Below are positions 19,890 through 31,200 of a stretch of 64,000 nt of DNA, in pieces. The translations under genes were made by a program, and so were the position numbers. The first letter of the stretch is position 1, and each line of letters starts with the position of its first letter. Origin of the DNA: Bacteroidia bacterium (lineage in GTDB: Bacteria; Bacteroidota; Bacteroidia; NS11-12g; UBA9320); the NCBI GenBank assembly GCA_965216465.1, contig CBDCFW010000004.1, positions 1 to 64,000 on the forward strand, written 5' to 3'. A model generated the notes under the pieces. That model worked only from the letters and a program-made list of their open reading frames with translations. It was not told the DNA's origin and made no database searches.

Positions 19890-20375
19890 ATGAGATTTTT
19901 AAAGCTCGTTGTTTTTATTCCTATTCTTCTTGCGGCTAGTATGCCGTTAGAAAATGAGACTACTGAAATTAATTGGGTAGACTTCAATACAGGGTTTCCT
20001 CAGTCTATGGAAGAAGGGAAAATTGCTGTTATCGATTGCTACACTGATTGGTGTCATTGGTGTAAGGTGATGGATAAAAAAACATTTAGCGATCCGGCAA
20101 TAATTGATCGTTTGAACGAAAATTTCATCACTATAAAATTCAATCCAGAAAAACCAGGAACCTATTTCACAGGTTCTGATTCCGTTTCGGGAAGGCAACT
20201 TTTGTATGCTTTATCTAACAATAAGCCGAGCGGTTACCCAACTTTCTTTTTCTTTGTACCTCAATTTAACAAGATGTTTCAGGTGCCTGGCTATCAAGAC
20301 GTAGCTAAATTTACTGAAACTCTTGACCAATTGGAAGAGTATCAAAGCAGAGCAAAGAATTTAAAAGCAAATTAA
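19890..20375 (+). CDS. Thioredoxin-fold exported protein (DUF255/DsbD-gamma-like)
   Basis: Signal peptide, YTDWCHWCKVMDK CxxC motif, cis-Pro loop GYPT. Confidence 0.8.
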   Translation: MRFLKLVVFIPILLAASMPLENETTEINWVDFNTGFPQSMEEGKIAVIDCYTDWCHWCKVMDKKTFSDPAIIDRLNENFITIKFNPEKPGTYFTGSDSVSGRQLLYALSNNKPSGYPTFFFFVPQFNKMFQVPGYQDVAKFTETLDQLEEYQSRAKNLKAN

Positions 20376-20378
20376 AAT

Positions 20379-21785
20379 TTGTCACGTAGAAGAAAGAACA
20401 GACAAGTGCTGTTCGAAAATGTCGAGTTAATCGCCGGTGGGGGTGAAGGTCATGCTATAGCCAAAATAGATGGCAAGGTAATTTTTGTTAAATACGGAGC
20501 ACCTGGAGATGTGGTTGATATCAGGATTGTAGGACGTAAAAAGAAGTTCAGCCTTGCTAATATTACCAAAATACATCAAGCCTCAACGTTAAGAACGCCT
20601 CATTTCTGTGAGCATTATGGTCTTTGCGGCGGCTGCAAATGGCAACATATTAGTTATGAAGCTCAATTGAATCTTAAAGATCAGTGGGCTAAAGATTGCC
20701 TACAGCGAATAGGCAAGGTTGAGGTAGGCGAATATTTGCCGATAGTTGGTGCCGATAATCAACGTCACTATCGCAACAAGATGGAATATACTTTTTCGAA
20801 TAAGCGATGGATTTATGAAGACGAAGTTCTTGAAGAATTACCTCATACTAAAGCACTTGGGTTTCATGCTCCTGGACGATTTGACAAGGTAATTGCGATT
20901 AATCAATGTTGGCTTCAAGATGATAAAGGAAATGAAATCCGAAACTTTGTTAGTGATTTTTGCATTCAAAAAGGCTACGACTTTTACGATTTAAAAGAAC
21001 ATACCGGCTTTGTAAGAAACCTAATGCTTCGAAATTCTACTTTAGGGCATTGGATGATTAATGTAATTGTAGCCAAAGATGACTCCGATGCGATTGAAGA
21101 ATTACTTTCGGCAATTCAAAATGAATTTAATCCAACCGCACTTAATTATGCGGTGAACACAAAGTTGAACGACAGCATTTACGATTTAGAGTTTAAATCC
21201 TATTCTGGTTCGTTTGAGATTAAAGAAAAGTTAAACAACCTCGAATTTAAAATATCACCAAAATCATTTTTTCAAACCAATACAGCTCAAGCTGAAAAGC
21301 TATATAATGTAGCACTTGACTTCGCTGAAATTACTGCAAACGATGTGGTCTATGATTTATACTGCGGAACAGGAACTATTACATGTTTGGCTGCTACAAA
21401 TGCAAAGAAAGCAGTCGGTGTTGAAATCATTGAAGAGGCTATCGTTGCGGCAAATGAAAATGCAAAGCTAAATAGCATTGATAATGTTCATTTTGAGGTA
21501 GGGGACATGAAAGATGTATTTAACAAAGAATTTTACCAACGTCATGGCACGCCAGATTTAATTATTACTGACCCTCCTCGAAGTGGCATGCATCCAAAGG
21601 TTGTTCAGAATTTGGCAGAAGTAAAATGTCCAAAAATTGTATACGTGAGTTGCAATCCAGCTACACAGGCAAGAGATTTAGCTATGCTTGATGAGCATTA
21701 TGAAATTGTTAAAAGTCAAGCTGTAGACATGTTTCCGCAGACTCATCACGTTGAGAATGTAACATTGTTGAAACTACGCAGTTAA
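20379..21785 (+). CDS. rlmD: 23S rRNA (uracil-1939-C5) methyltransferase
   Basis: TRAM domain, CEHYGLCGGC Fe-S motif, SFFQTN, DLYCGTGTI, DPPRSG, YVSCNPATQARD, DMFPQTHHVE. Confidence 0.93.
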   Translation: MSRRRKNRQVLFENVELIAGGGEGHAIAKIDGKVIFVKYGAPGDVVDIRIVGRKKKFSLANITKIHQASTLRTPHFCEHYGLCGGCKWQHISYEAQLNLKDQWAKDCLQRIGKVEVGEYLPIVGADNQRHYRNKMEYTFSNKRWIYEDEVLEELPHTKALGFHAPGRFDKVIAINQCWLQDDKGNEIRNFVSDFCIQKGYDFYDLKEHTGFVRNLMLRNSTLGHWMINVIVAKDDSDAIEELLSAIQNEFNPTALNYAVNTKLNDSIYDLEFKSYSGSFEIKEKLNNLEFKISPKSFFQTNTAQAEKLYNVALDFAEITANDVVYDLYCGTGTITCLAATNAKKAVGVEIIEEAIVAANENAKLNSIDNVHFEVGDMKDVFNKEFYQRHGTPDLIITDPPRSGMHPKVVQNLAEVKCPKIVYVSCNPATQARDLAMLDEHYEIVKSQAVDMFPQTHHVENVTLLKLRS

Positions 21786-22292
21786 GTCTTTTACCAACTC
21801 ATAATCATCCATTACATAACCCTGACCAATGTCAATGGTTAGTGGTCTGTTAATTTTAAATCCTTGGTTCTCATAAAAACGGATTGAAGAAGTATTATTC
21901 TTGTTTACGGTTAATCGAAATTGTTTCAAACCCCGACTTAAAGCCAAGTCTTTTAACTTATTCATCATAAAACTCCCATTTTGTTGACCGCGATAGGTTT
22001 TGTCGACGTAAATTTTACTGATGAATAAACTTTTTCCTTTGGCTAAAATGCTACAGTAACCAATCAATTTATTCTTTTGAATTAGTCCATAGTACTCGAA
22101 GCCTTCAACAATTTGAGACTTCATAGCTTCGAAAGATTGAAACCTTTCGACCATATAGTCAACTTGATTTTGGCCAATTATAGGAACATAATGTTCGTTC
22201 CAAATTAGCACAGCCAAATTGGCTATATTTTGAATGTCTGAATCTGATTCAGCTTTTACAAGGTGCTTATCTGCTTCCAAAATTGTATCCAA
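21774..22292 (-). CDS. GNAT N-acetyltransferase
   Basis: ISKIYVDKTYRGQQNG and TVNKNNTSSIRFYENQGF motifs. Confidence 0.85.
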   Translation of the reverse strand: MDTILEADKHLVKAESDSDIQNIANLAVLIWNEHYVPIIGQNQVDYMVERFQSFEAMKSQIVEGFEYYGLIQKNKLIGYCSILAKGKSLFISKIYVDKTYRGQQNGSFMMNKLKDLALSRGLKQFRLTVNKNNTSSIRFYENQGFKINRPLTIDIGQGYVMDDYELVKDLTA

Positions 22293-22974
22293 TACTGAAG
22301 CTTACGGGCATGTAAAATTGTTGGTACTTCCCTTCTTCATAGAGGATGTAAAAGATTCCACAAAACTGATTGTCTTTAATCCAATTTGGATCAGCAGATG
22401 TAGGTTCGTTCGTTTCAATGCTAACATTGCTCCAGCCCATTCCGACGCTAACATCGAAGTATAACTTCTCTCCAAGCTTGGTTTGTGCACCACTTAAAAA
22501 GTAAATTCCAGTTCGAATTCTATCGTATTGCGTGTCTACTTCTTTATTGCCTGAACCGATGTTTGAATAATATTGTTCAAGGCGATTGAAGCTTACATAG
22601 CCTCCATCGAGACCAACACCTAAGAAAAATCCTTCAGCCGAAAGATCTCTGCCTTTTTTTCTTTGATAAAAGCGTAGCTCGGCACCACCTTCTATACCAT
22701 AGTTTATGTTTGCACATTCATTTAAGCTATTAAATGGCGATGTCAGGTTAAACTGTACAGTTGGCAGGTTATTGGCATTGGCCTTCATAGGTGAAAACTC
22801 ATAACTGAGATGTAGCTTCTGAACACCTAGTCCCATTAGGTTTAAGGCGTCAAATTTGAGAAGCTTATAACTTCCTTTACCCACCGCAGAAGAGTCTGCT
22901 GGTTCATGATTTTCGTTCGCAAATGAAACGTTAAAGACTAGGAGGGAAAGTGCAATTAATATTGTGTTTTTCAT
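22267..22974 (-). CDS. Hypothetical outer-membrane beta-barrel protein (DUF3575-like)
   Basis: Signal peptide from ATG 22974; ELRFY...EGFFLG and C-terminal SIGYNF. Confidence 0.55.
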   Translation of the reverse strand: MKNTILIALSLLVFNVSFANENHEPADSSAVGKGSYKLLKFDALNLMGLGVQKLHLSYEFSPMKANANNLPTVQFNLTSPFNSLNECANINYGIEGGAELRFYQRKKGRDLSAEGFFLGVGLDGGYVSFNRLEQYYSNIGSGNKEVDTQYDRIRTGIYFLSGAQTKLGEKLYFDVSVGMGWSNVSIETNEPTSADPNWIKDNQFCGIFYILYEEGKYQQFYMPVSFSIGYNFGSR

Positions 22975-22989
22975 GTGTCGCAAAGTTAC

Positions 22990-23757
22990 TTAATTAGCTG
23001 AAATTGTACTGAGTAAACTTAAAGTTCCATCCAACTCAACATTAAATTGTGAGACACCTCCTATAGCTGCAACTATTAAACTGCTTTCGTCTCCAATGAT
23101 GTCATAACATCCTTCTAGCGGAGTTGAAGGCAGAAGTACAGGAAAGTAAGGGCTTGTTACATTGAGACCTTTAATTTGAGAGTCGTCACAGATGTACAAG
23201 AAGTTTCCAGATAAGCCTAATCCTTTTGGATTTGTATAAGAAAAAGTTCCTATTAGCTCCGGGTTTTTTATGTTTTCAATGTTAATGATATCCAATCGAT
23301 TGTCTCCTCGATTACAAGTCGTTCCTGTTCTAAGTGTTGAGAAAGCAAATCCGTTTTGTGCAACAACAGGATCACAGCTAACTATATGGTTGTAACGTGA
23401 AACATAGGCAGGTGTTGAAGGAGTTCCAATAGTGTAAATTTCCATTCCTGAACGTGTTCCAAGCAAAAGATATTCGTTCATTGGAAATATCGTTTCTACA
23501 ACAGCGTTGATATTTACCGTACTTGCCAATTGTGGATTGGCAGGGTCTTGTAACGAATAGGTGAAAAGTTTATGGTCGTTAACAATGTAAAGATGTGTTT
23601 GTGTAACAGCAAAACGAGCAAGAGAGCCCGCTTTACCTGTTCCTCCTCCGCCTTGGGTATTGGCTGAGGTTTCTGATCTTGGACTTGGAGAACTGCTATC
23701 TGCACAACCAAGGGCCAATAAACTTGCGGCAATAAATAAAATTTTTAATGTTTTCAT
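22990..23757 (-). CDS. LVIVD-repeat lipoprotein
   Basis: Lipobox ALGC; GKAGSLARFA, ETIFP, SCDPVV..., TLRTGTTC motifs. Confidence 0.75.
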   Translation of the reverse strand: MKTLKILFIAASLLALGCADSSSPSPRSETSANTQGGGGTGKAGSLARFAVTQTHLYIVNDHKLFTYSLQDPANPQLASTVNINAVVETIFPMNEYLLLGTRSGMEIYTIGTPSTPAYVSRYNHIVSCDPVVAQNGFAFSTLRTGTTCNRGDNRLDIINIENIKNPELIGTFSYTNPKGLGLSGNFLYICDDSQIKGLNVTSPYFPVLLPSTPLEGCYDIIGDESSLIVAAIGGVSQFNVELDGTLSLLSTISAN

Positions 23758-23761
23758 GGTT

Positions 23762-24322
23762 TTATCTGTTTATGTAACACTGTGGTTTTGGCATTTCTTC
23801 TTTAACCCACGCAATAATTTGTCCTTTAGACTTATCTGGGCATTCATAATACACCTTTTCGCCGTTAAGCGCTTGGAGCATTACGCTTGGTGGTTCAATT
23901 TGAAAGTGTTCTTCTAAGTAGCCGTTGTTGAAGTTTAAGAATTTAATGTCATCAAGATTTGAGATGTCCAGTGTAACAATTCCGCTTCCCAGATCAGCAT
24001 ACATAAAGTTACCTCTTATTGCTATATCAACATTGCCAGGAATTGTAATAAACTTAATCTTTTCTGGGTTGCTCCTGTCGCTATTTTCTACCACATGAAC
24101 ACCTTTCCCGACATCATTAATGTACAGTAGGTTCCCTTTTGTGTAAATTTTTCCCACTACTTCAATGGGTTGAGGATCCGAGACAGTGATAATTGAAGAC
24201 AGGTCCTGTACTGTTCCATAAATTGGTTTAAGGCCAGTAACGGTCTGTGGTGATTCAGAGTCGTTGCAACTTAATAAGAAAGCCGCAACTAACACTCCGA
24301 TAAAAGATTTGTAGTTTATCAT
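23762..24322 (-). CDS. LVIVD-like lipoprotein
   Basis: Lipobox LLSC; GKIY.....YIND.GKGVHVVENS...P..I.FI.IPGNVDIAI motif. Confidence 0.7.
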   Translation of the reverse strand: MINYKSFIGVLVAAFLLSCNDSESPQTVTGLKPIYGTVQDLSSIITVSDPQPIEVVGKIYTKGNLLYINDVGKGVHVVENSDRSNPEKIKFITIPGNVDIAIRGNFMYADLGSGIVTLDISNLDDIKFLNFNNGYLEEHFQIEPPSVMLQALNGEKVYYECPDKSKGQIIAWVKEEMPKPQCYINR

Positions 24323-24415
24323 AACGTGTGTTAATTGCTTTGTTCGAGATTACGGATAAAAATGCAGAGTTTTGCAGTACTTAATTAAAAATGGATTAAA
24401 ACTGACATTCGTAAA

Positions 24416-24781
24416 ATGGAAGCCATGGTATCTGAAAAAGAAAAGGAAGTGTTGAAATTGCTTCAGAATGATTTGAAAACATTGTCTTCAGAATTAAAGG
24501 AAACAGCCGACACTATTATAGAAGAAGGATATTCAAATTATCCCATTCTAATTGCTCATGTTCAAGAGCTGAGAATAGCTGAACAAATAATAGACAGTGC
24601 GTTGCATCAAACCGCATATTATTTTTCGGCAAGCACGCTAGAGGAGCTGATAAAAGAGAAAGTTATTTTAAGCGAACGGAAGGGTGATTTTGAGACACAA
24701 TTTAAAAATAATAAGGACCAGTATTGCGTTCTGCTACTTCATCCGGATGTAATGCGGTTTGTTTTTACACCATTAAAGTAA
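24416..24781 (+). CDS. Conserved hypothetical protein
   Basis: 121-aa ORF ending 1 nt before the next gene; GYSNYPI and ASTLEE segments. Confidence 0.6.
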   Translation: MEAMVSEKEKEVLKLLQNDLKTLSSELKETADTIIEEGYSNYPILIAHVQELRIAEQIIDSALHQTAYYFSASTLEELIKEKVILSERKGDFETQFKNNKDQYCVLLLHPDVMRFVFTPLK

Positions 24782-24782
24782 G

Positions 24783-25808
24783 ATGTCACAAAATTCACAA
24801 CCCAAGGTAGCTGTTGTTATACTGAACTACAATACGCGAGAGCTTCTCGAAAAGTATTTGCCAAGTGTGCTAGATACTAGTTATGCAAATACTGAAATTT
24901 GGGTTGTAGACAATGCTTCTCCGGATGATTCTTTTGAATTTGTACAACGAACTTATCCTCAGATTAAGCTTTTGCGAAGCGAAGAGAATAGGGGATATGC
25001 CGGAGGGTACAATTGGGCATTGAAGCAAATAGAAGCCGATTTTTATGTCCTCCTTAACTCGGATGTAGAAGTCACGCCTCTATGGCTTGACCCGCTCGTA
25101 AAATTAGCTAACGACGAGTCTATTGGGGCTATTCAACCTAAGATTCTAGACTTAAAACAACGCAATAAGTTCGAATATGCGGGTGCAGCAGGAGGTTACC
25201 TTGATAAGTGGGGATATGCATTTTGTAGAGGAAGAATCTTTGATGAACTTGAAGAAGACAAGGGTCAATACAACGACACAAAACAGGTTTTTTGGGCCAC
25301 AGGTGCCTGCTTATTTGTTCGTGCTGATGCTTATCATAAACTAAATGGTTTAGACGATGATTTTTTCGCACATATGGAAGAAATTGATTTGTGTTGGAGA
25401 ATGCAGCTACATGGCTATAAGGTTTATGTGCAGCCAGAGTCTGAGGTGTATCATCTCGGAGGTGGTACATTGTCTGAAGGCTCGACAAGAAAGTACTTCT
25501 TGAATTTTAGAAATAATCTAATAATGCTTGTAAAAAACGACCATTCGGCTTTGTGGTTTTTCAGTTTATTAGGTCGAATGGTTTTAGATGGAGTATCTGC
25601 AATTAAGTTTCTTACAGACGGAAAGGCAGCTCTTTTATTGGTGGTATTAAAAGCACACTTTGCATTTTATAAGTCGTTGGGTAGCACACTAAAAAAGAGA
25701 AGAGCTCTTAAAAAAGTTAAAACGGTTAGGCTGGTTCAACGCTATCCTAAATCAATTGTTTGGCAACATTTTGCAAAGGGAGTGAAGCAGTTTAGCGATC
25801 TTCCATAG
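24783..25808 (+). CDS. Glycosyltransferase family 2
   Basis: VVILNYN, VVDNAS.DDS, LLNSDVEV, FWATGAC, FFAHMEEIDLCWR. Confidence 0.9.
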   Translation: MSQNSQPKVAVVILNYNTRELLEKYLPSVLDTSYANTEIWVVDNASPDDSFEFVQRTYPQIKLLRSEENRGYAGGYNWALKQIEADFYVLLNSDVEVTPLWLDPLVKLANDESIGAIQPKILDLKQRNKFEYAGAAGGYLDKWGYAFCRGRIFDELEEDKGQYNDTKQVFWATGACLFVRADAYHKLNGLDDDFFAHMEEIDLCWRMQLHGYKVYVQPESEVYHLGGGTLSEGSTRKYFLNFRNNLIMLVKNDHSALWFFSLLGRMVLDGVSAIKFLTDGKAALLLVVLKAHFAFYKSLGSTLKKRRALKKVKTVRLVQRYPKSIVWQHFAKGVKQFSDLP

Positions 25809-26217
25809 CTGCAAGAATGGCTAATTCGTAACCCTTTATTCCCAAACCAAAAATTCCACCTTTAAGGTATTTAGATAGCAACTCTTGATGACGTTCCTTT
25901 TCACGTTGGTATATGTTAGAAATGTGAACACCATAAACGGGAACATCTACTGCTCCAACCGTATCAGCAAGTGCTACAGAAGTGTGCGAATATCCTCCTG
26001 CATTAAGAATAATTGCATGATATCCTGAAGCCATCGCCTTATGAATCTGGTTGATTAATTCTCCTTCTATATTGCTTTGAAAGTATTCGATTTCTGCTGT
26101 TGAAAACTGGTTTCTAAGTTTATTTAGATGCTGTTCGAAAGACTCAAAACCATATATTTCTGGCTCTCTTGATCCTAAGAGATTTAAGTTTGGCCCATTT
26201 ATTATTAATATTTTCAA
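25792..26217 (-). CDS. aroQ: Type II 3-dehydroquinate dehydratase
   Basis: INGPNLNLLG.REPEIYG, QSNIEGELIN, NAGGYSHTSVALAD, VHISNI..RE. Confidence 0.95.
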   Translation of the reverse strand: MKILIINGPNLNLLGSREPEIYGFESFEQHLNKLRNQFSTAEIEYFQSNIEGELINQIHKAMASGYHAIILNAGGYSHTSVALADTVGAVDVPVYGVHISNIYQREKERHQELLSKYLKGGIFGLGIKGYELAILAAMEDR

Positions 26218-26239
26218 AACTTGTGTTTAATACAAACTT

Positions 26240-26255
26240 CAAAGTTATAACTTTG
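26240..26255. promoter_or_regulatory. Back-to-back Bacteroidota -7 promoter boxes for aroQ and purF
   Basis: Perfect 16-bp palindrome CAAAGTTATAACTTTG, giving TAACTTTG on each strand. Confidence 0.65.
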
Positions 26256-26272
26256 TTTCTTCATTCTAAAGC

Positions 26273-28162
26273 ATGAGTGACCCAATCAAACACGAATGTG
26301 GAATTGCCTTTATCAGGCTGAGAAAACCACTTGAATTTTACAAGGAAAAGTACGGAACGCAACTCTATGGTTTAAAGAAGCTTCAAATGCTTATGGGTAA
26401 GCAATTGAACAGGGGCCAAGATGGGGCAGGACTCGCAGTTATTAAGCTTGATCCAAACTACGGAAACCGCTACATAGCTCGTGAACGTGCAAGAGGAAGT
26501 GGAGCAGTAACCACACTATTCGAAAAGGTTAATAAAAAGTACCAAAATCTCAATTCGAATAAAGCAAAAGATACAGATTGGTTAAAAAGCAAGTATCCCT
26601 ATGCCGGAGAATTGCTACTTGGTCATCTTCGTTATGCCACTCACGGCAAGAATAGCATTGAAAATATTCACCCGTTTTTGAGACAAAACAACTGGATGAG
26701 TAGAAACTTGGTTCTCGCAGGAAACTACAATGTAACCAATGTTCAAGAAATGTATCAGCAACTAATTGATCTAGGTCAACATCCTAAAGAAATCAGTGAT
26801 AATGTGACGATGCTAGAAAAGATCGGTCACTTTTTGGATGAAGAAAATGCTGACCTCTACCATGACTACAAAGCTCAAGGCATGGACAATTTAGAGATTG
26901 CGGCTAAAATTAAGGCTAATCTAAACCTTGAAAATGTGCTTAAAAATGCTTTTAAAAGTGTTGATGGTGGGTACAATATGGTGGGGTTAATCGGCGATGG
27001 TAATGCATTTGTCATGCGTGATCCAAACGGTATTCGTCCAAATTATTACTATGCCAATGAGGAGATAATTGTTGTTGCAAGTGAAAGACCAGCTATTCAA
27101 ACGGCATTCAATCTAAAAATTGATGAGCTAAAAGAAGTAACGCCTGGTGCAGCCTTAATTATTAAGCGCGACGGAAGCTTTGAGGAAAAGCAAATTCTAC
27201 CGCAGCTTGATCGTAAGTCGTGCAGCTTTGAAAGGATTTATTTCTCAAGAGGTTCAGATGGTAAAATACACGAAGAGCGTAAACAACTGGGCAGAAAGCT
27301 TGCTAGAGAAGTGCTCAAACGCTTAGAATATGATATCCGCTCAACAGTGTTCTCGTATATTCCAAACACTGCTTCTACATCTTTTTATGGACTTGTTGAT
27401 GGTATCTATAAGTACCTCGATAAGTATAAAAGAGAATCAATACTTAAAATGGGTTCAAACCCGACTCCAGAGGAAATTGATAAGCTCTTATCGATTAAAA
27501 TCAGAAGAGAAAAGCTTTTGATAAAAGATGCTAAAATCCGAACATTTATTACCCAAGATGCCGACAGAGATGATCTCGTTGGAAATGGTTATGACGTGAC
27601 CTACAATGTGGTGAATAATGAAGATACTTTGGTGGTTGTGGATGATAGTATTGTACGTGGAACGACGCTGAAAAAGAGCATACTTAGAATTCTTGATCGA
27701 TTGGGTCCTAAGAAGATTGTGGTTGCTTCATCTGCGCCTATAATTAAATACCCAGACTGTTATGGTATCGACATGAGTCGAATGAATGAGTTTATCGCCT
27801 TCCAAGCTGTAAAAAGCTTACTTCAGAAGAATGGAGAACTTGAACTCATGGATAAGGTTTATCACGATTGCAAGGCAGAAATGCTTAAACCATTGAGTGA
27901 AATGGAAAATAAAGTAAAGCAGCTTTACGACCGATTTACCGATAAAGAAATTGAAGACGAAATTGCTGAATTGGTTACTCCAGAAGACATGAAGGCAGAG
28001 GTAGAAATTGTATACCAATCTATTGAAGGATTGCACGCTTCTTGTCCGAATCATTTAGGCGATTGGTACTTCACTGGAAATTACCCAACTCCTGGAGGAA
28101 ACAAAGTGGTAAATCAGAGCTACATCTACTACATGGAAGGAAGTAACGCAAGAGCGTATTAA
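26273..28162 (+). CDS. purF: Amidophosphoribosyltransferase (Bacteroidota long form)
   Basis: MSDPIKHECG propeptide/Ntn Cys, RGQDGAG, GHLRY.T.G, VVDDSIVRGTT PRPP motif, YGIDM. Confidence 0.92.
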   Translation: MSDPIKHECGIAFIRLRKPLEFYKEKYGTQLYGLKKLQMLMGKQLNRGQDGAGLAVIKLDPNYGNRYIARERARGSGAVTTLFEKVNKKYQNLNSNKAKDTDWLKSKYPYAGELLLGHLRYATHGKNSIENIHPFLRQNNWMSRNLVLAGNYNVTNVQEMYQQLIDLGQHPKEISDNVTMLEKIGHFLDEENADLYHDYKAQGMDNLEIAAKIKANLNLENVLKNAFKSVDGGYNMVGLIGDGNAFVMRDPNGIRPNYYYANEEIIVVASERPAIQTAFNLKIDELKEVTPGAALIIKRDGSFEEKQILPQLDRKSCSFERIYFSRGSDGKIHEERKQLGRKLAREVLKRLEYDIRSTVFSYIPNTASTSFYGLVDGIYKYLDKYKRESILKMGSNPTPEEIDKLLSIKIRREKLLIKDAKIRTFITQDADRDDLVGNGYDVTYNVVNNEDTLVVVDDSIVRGTTLKKSILRILDRLGPKKIVVASSAPIIKYPDCYGIDMSRMNEFIAFQAVKSLLQKNGELELMDKVYHDCKAEMLKPLSEMENKVKQLYDRFTDKEIEDEIAELVTPEDMKAEVEIVYQSIEGLHASCPNHLGDWYFTGNYPTPGGNKVVNQSYIYYMEGSNARAY

Positions 28163-28298
28163 GCCACCTATCCATCTTTATTAGACGCTTTTTCTTGGCT
28201 ATGTGCATTACTGCATAATTAGTACCCATGTTCCATGGATATTTGTGATTAACATCTTTTTGAATGATGTTACTAGGGGTCAACTAAAAACTAACTAT

Positions 28299-31200
28299 AT
28301 GCAGGAACGAACTATGTTCAACATTACACGCAGTATTGTATTACTGTGTGCGTTGATTGGATGTTCTATGAATACTCAAGCTCAATCTACCTCTTGGATA
28401 GGAGGTACGAACAATAAGTGGACAACCGCAAGCAATTGGACGAATGGTGTTCCAAACTCAACTACGGATGCTGTAATAGGCGATGCTAGTTTTACAGGGT
28501 CGAACCAACCCAACTTAAATTCAGGTACCTTGAGATGTAAATCCCTGACGTTAGGTAATGGAACGAAAGCGAGTACTTTAACGATTACCCGGTCGCTTAT
28601 TGTAACCAATGATGTGCTTATTGGTTCAAATGGTACAATTAACCATGGCTCTTCAAGACAAATAACATTAGGAGGGAATTGGACAAACAATGGTTCATAC
28701 TCCGCTACAAATAATCGTTCTCGTGTAAACTTTTCGGGGACAGAGGTTACCCTTACTGGAGCTACAACATTTAGAGACCTTAGAATAAATGCAGGTTGTC
28801 GCGTAACCTTGGCTGCAAATATTACAGTAAATTCAGATTTTGACTGCTATGGAATACTTAACCCAACGGCAAGTTACACCGTTTCTGGTTCAGCTGATTT
28901 AGATGTTGAGCGAGATGGAAGTATAGAAGTGTATACCTCTACTTTCGGTGGTAATTATACGATCAGTAGGGTCGATATAGATTCAAGAGGTGAGGTGCAC
29001 TATGCTTCATCTGCTATTGACCAAACAATCAGCTCTTCCTATACCTACGGAATTCTTAGAATTAGTGGAGGGACCACAAAAGAACTTGCTTCAAGTTTGC
29101 CTGACATACACGATGGCGGTTCAACACGAGGCCGTGTTTATGTGGATGATGGAATCTTTGATTTAAAATCATATACATGCGACAGACAAAGTAGTGGAGG
29201 TGTGTTTGTTGTAGCAGCTGGTGCCGAACTTTGGATTGGAGGTACTGGAGATTTTCCTAATAACTTTCTTACCGTTACCCTAGCAAGTACCAGCGTCGTT
29301 AATTATTATGGAAACAATCAAACCGTTAAGGATTTGGATTATGGGAATTTAACCTTAGGAGGAACATCTGGTTCGGTCGTAAAGACCATGCCTGCAACAA
29401 CACTCGATATTTTAGGAGATTTTACCATTGAAACAGGTGGAGCTTTTGATGTTGACGTAACGGCTGGTGCAGATATAAACATTGAAAAAAATACTCTAAT
29501 TGAAGAGGATTGTGTGTTTGAAGGAGATAGTTATACGATAAACTTTAATGCCGATGTAGAAAATGAAGGAACCATTTCAGGTACAACATCAACCCATACG
29601 TTTACGGGTGTGGGAGCCGTAATAAGTGGTGGAGGAACGTTTGACTTCTATAACGTGATTTTTTCAGAGGCAGGAATAACTGCTGACGGAACATCGTATA
29701 TCACCATCAATGGAGATGCACAAACCACAGGAGCCGGAACCTTTACCCATGGTTCAGGTGGAGGCGTAGAAATGGCAGGTGGAAGTAATAGCATTACAGG
29801 TGCTGGTTTTACTTTTTATGACTTAGAGCCTTCTGGAACCATAACTACAGCTTCTTATGTTACAATAAATGGTGATTTAATTGTAGATGGAGATTTCACA
29901 GCTACAGCCAATGAAATTATAATGGCAGGTCCGTCATCAACAATCGATGGAGTGGGTACAATTGAGTTTTATGGCTTAGCAATATCAGGGAATGTTACTA
30001 CTACTATTGACTTTACTGTTGTTGACGATTTTGGAGTTGCAGTTGATGGAAGTTTTGCAGCTTCAGCTGGCCAAGTAACATTCGATGGCTCAACAAATTT
30101 TTCGGGTATTGGTACATTTTATGACATTGTGGTTAACGCATCTCAATCGTTAACCCTTGTAGCGAATGGACATCTCAAAATTGAAAATACTATATCAAAT
30201 TCAGGAACTTTTGATGCTACTTCTTACATTCCAAATACAGTTTCTTATGTTAAAAATGGAAACCAGAACGTTGGCAACGTAGGCTACTATAATTTGATTC
30301 TAGCTACTGGAGGTACTAAGTCTTTAACGAATACTACAGCTGTTGATAACGATATTACAATTAATTCAGGTGTAACATTAAGTGGTTCGTCTCACACGCT
30401 CTCTGTAAAACGCCATTGGAACAATAACGGTAGCTTTACTAGTGGAACTTCAGATGTTCAATTTACGGGTAGCAATGCCGCAACGATTACGGGTGCCACC
30501 ACATTTAATACTTTCACCGTAAACAAATCAAGCAATGATGTGCAAGTTGAGCTCGAAAATAATGTTACTGCCTCTGCAATTGTAATGACAAGCGGTTATG
30601 TTAACACAGGTGTAAACTCCATAACAACCACAAGCACAAGAACTGGGAATGGGATAATTGTAGGAACGATAATTCACAACCATGCTATCGCAGATGCAAC
30701 TCCATATGCATTTGAAGGCCCTAATAATCTTTTAACTTTTTACAACCCGAGTTCGGTTAACCAAGTGACGGTAAAAGTTACATTAGGTGAAGTAGCCAAT
30801 GTTGATCCAGTAGTAGAGTCGGTTACCAGAGAATATGACATCAGTATCCCTTCTGGAAGCTACGATAGTGTGACCATGCGACTTCATTACGAAGACAATG
30901 AGTTGAATGCCTTTGTAGAGCCTTTTTTGGCAATTTATGAGTACAATTCGGGCACAACCTGGGATAGCTTAGGTTACGACGGAAGAGATGTAACGGCCAA
31001 CTATGTAGAGCTCGATAGTATAGCAGACATTAACAACGTTTACATGCTGTCTGGAAGAAGAAATGTCGTTCGTTGGAATGGAACGGTAAGTTCAGATTGG
31101 AGTAATCCAGCCAATTGGACAACCTTGTCTGGTGCTAGTATGGCAAACCGCGTTCCGGATTCACTCGATGTAGCTCGAATAGGAGATACCTTATTTGTAA

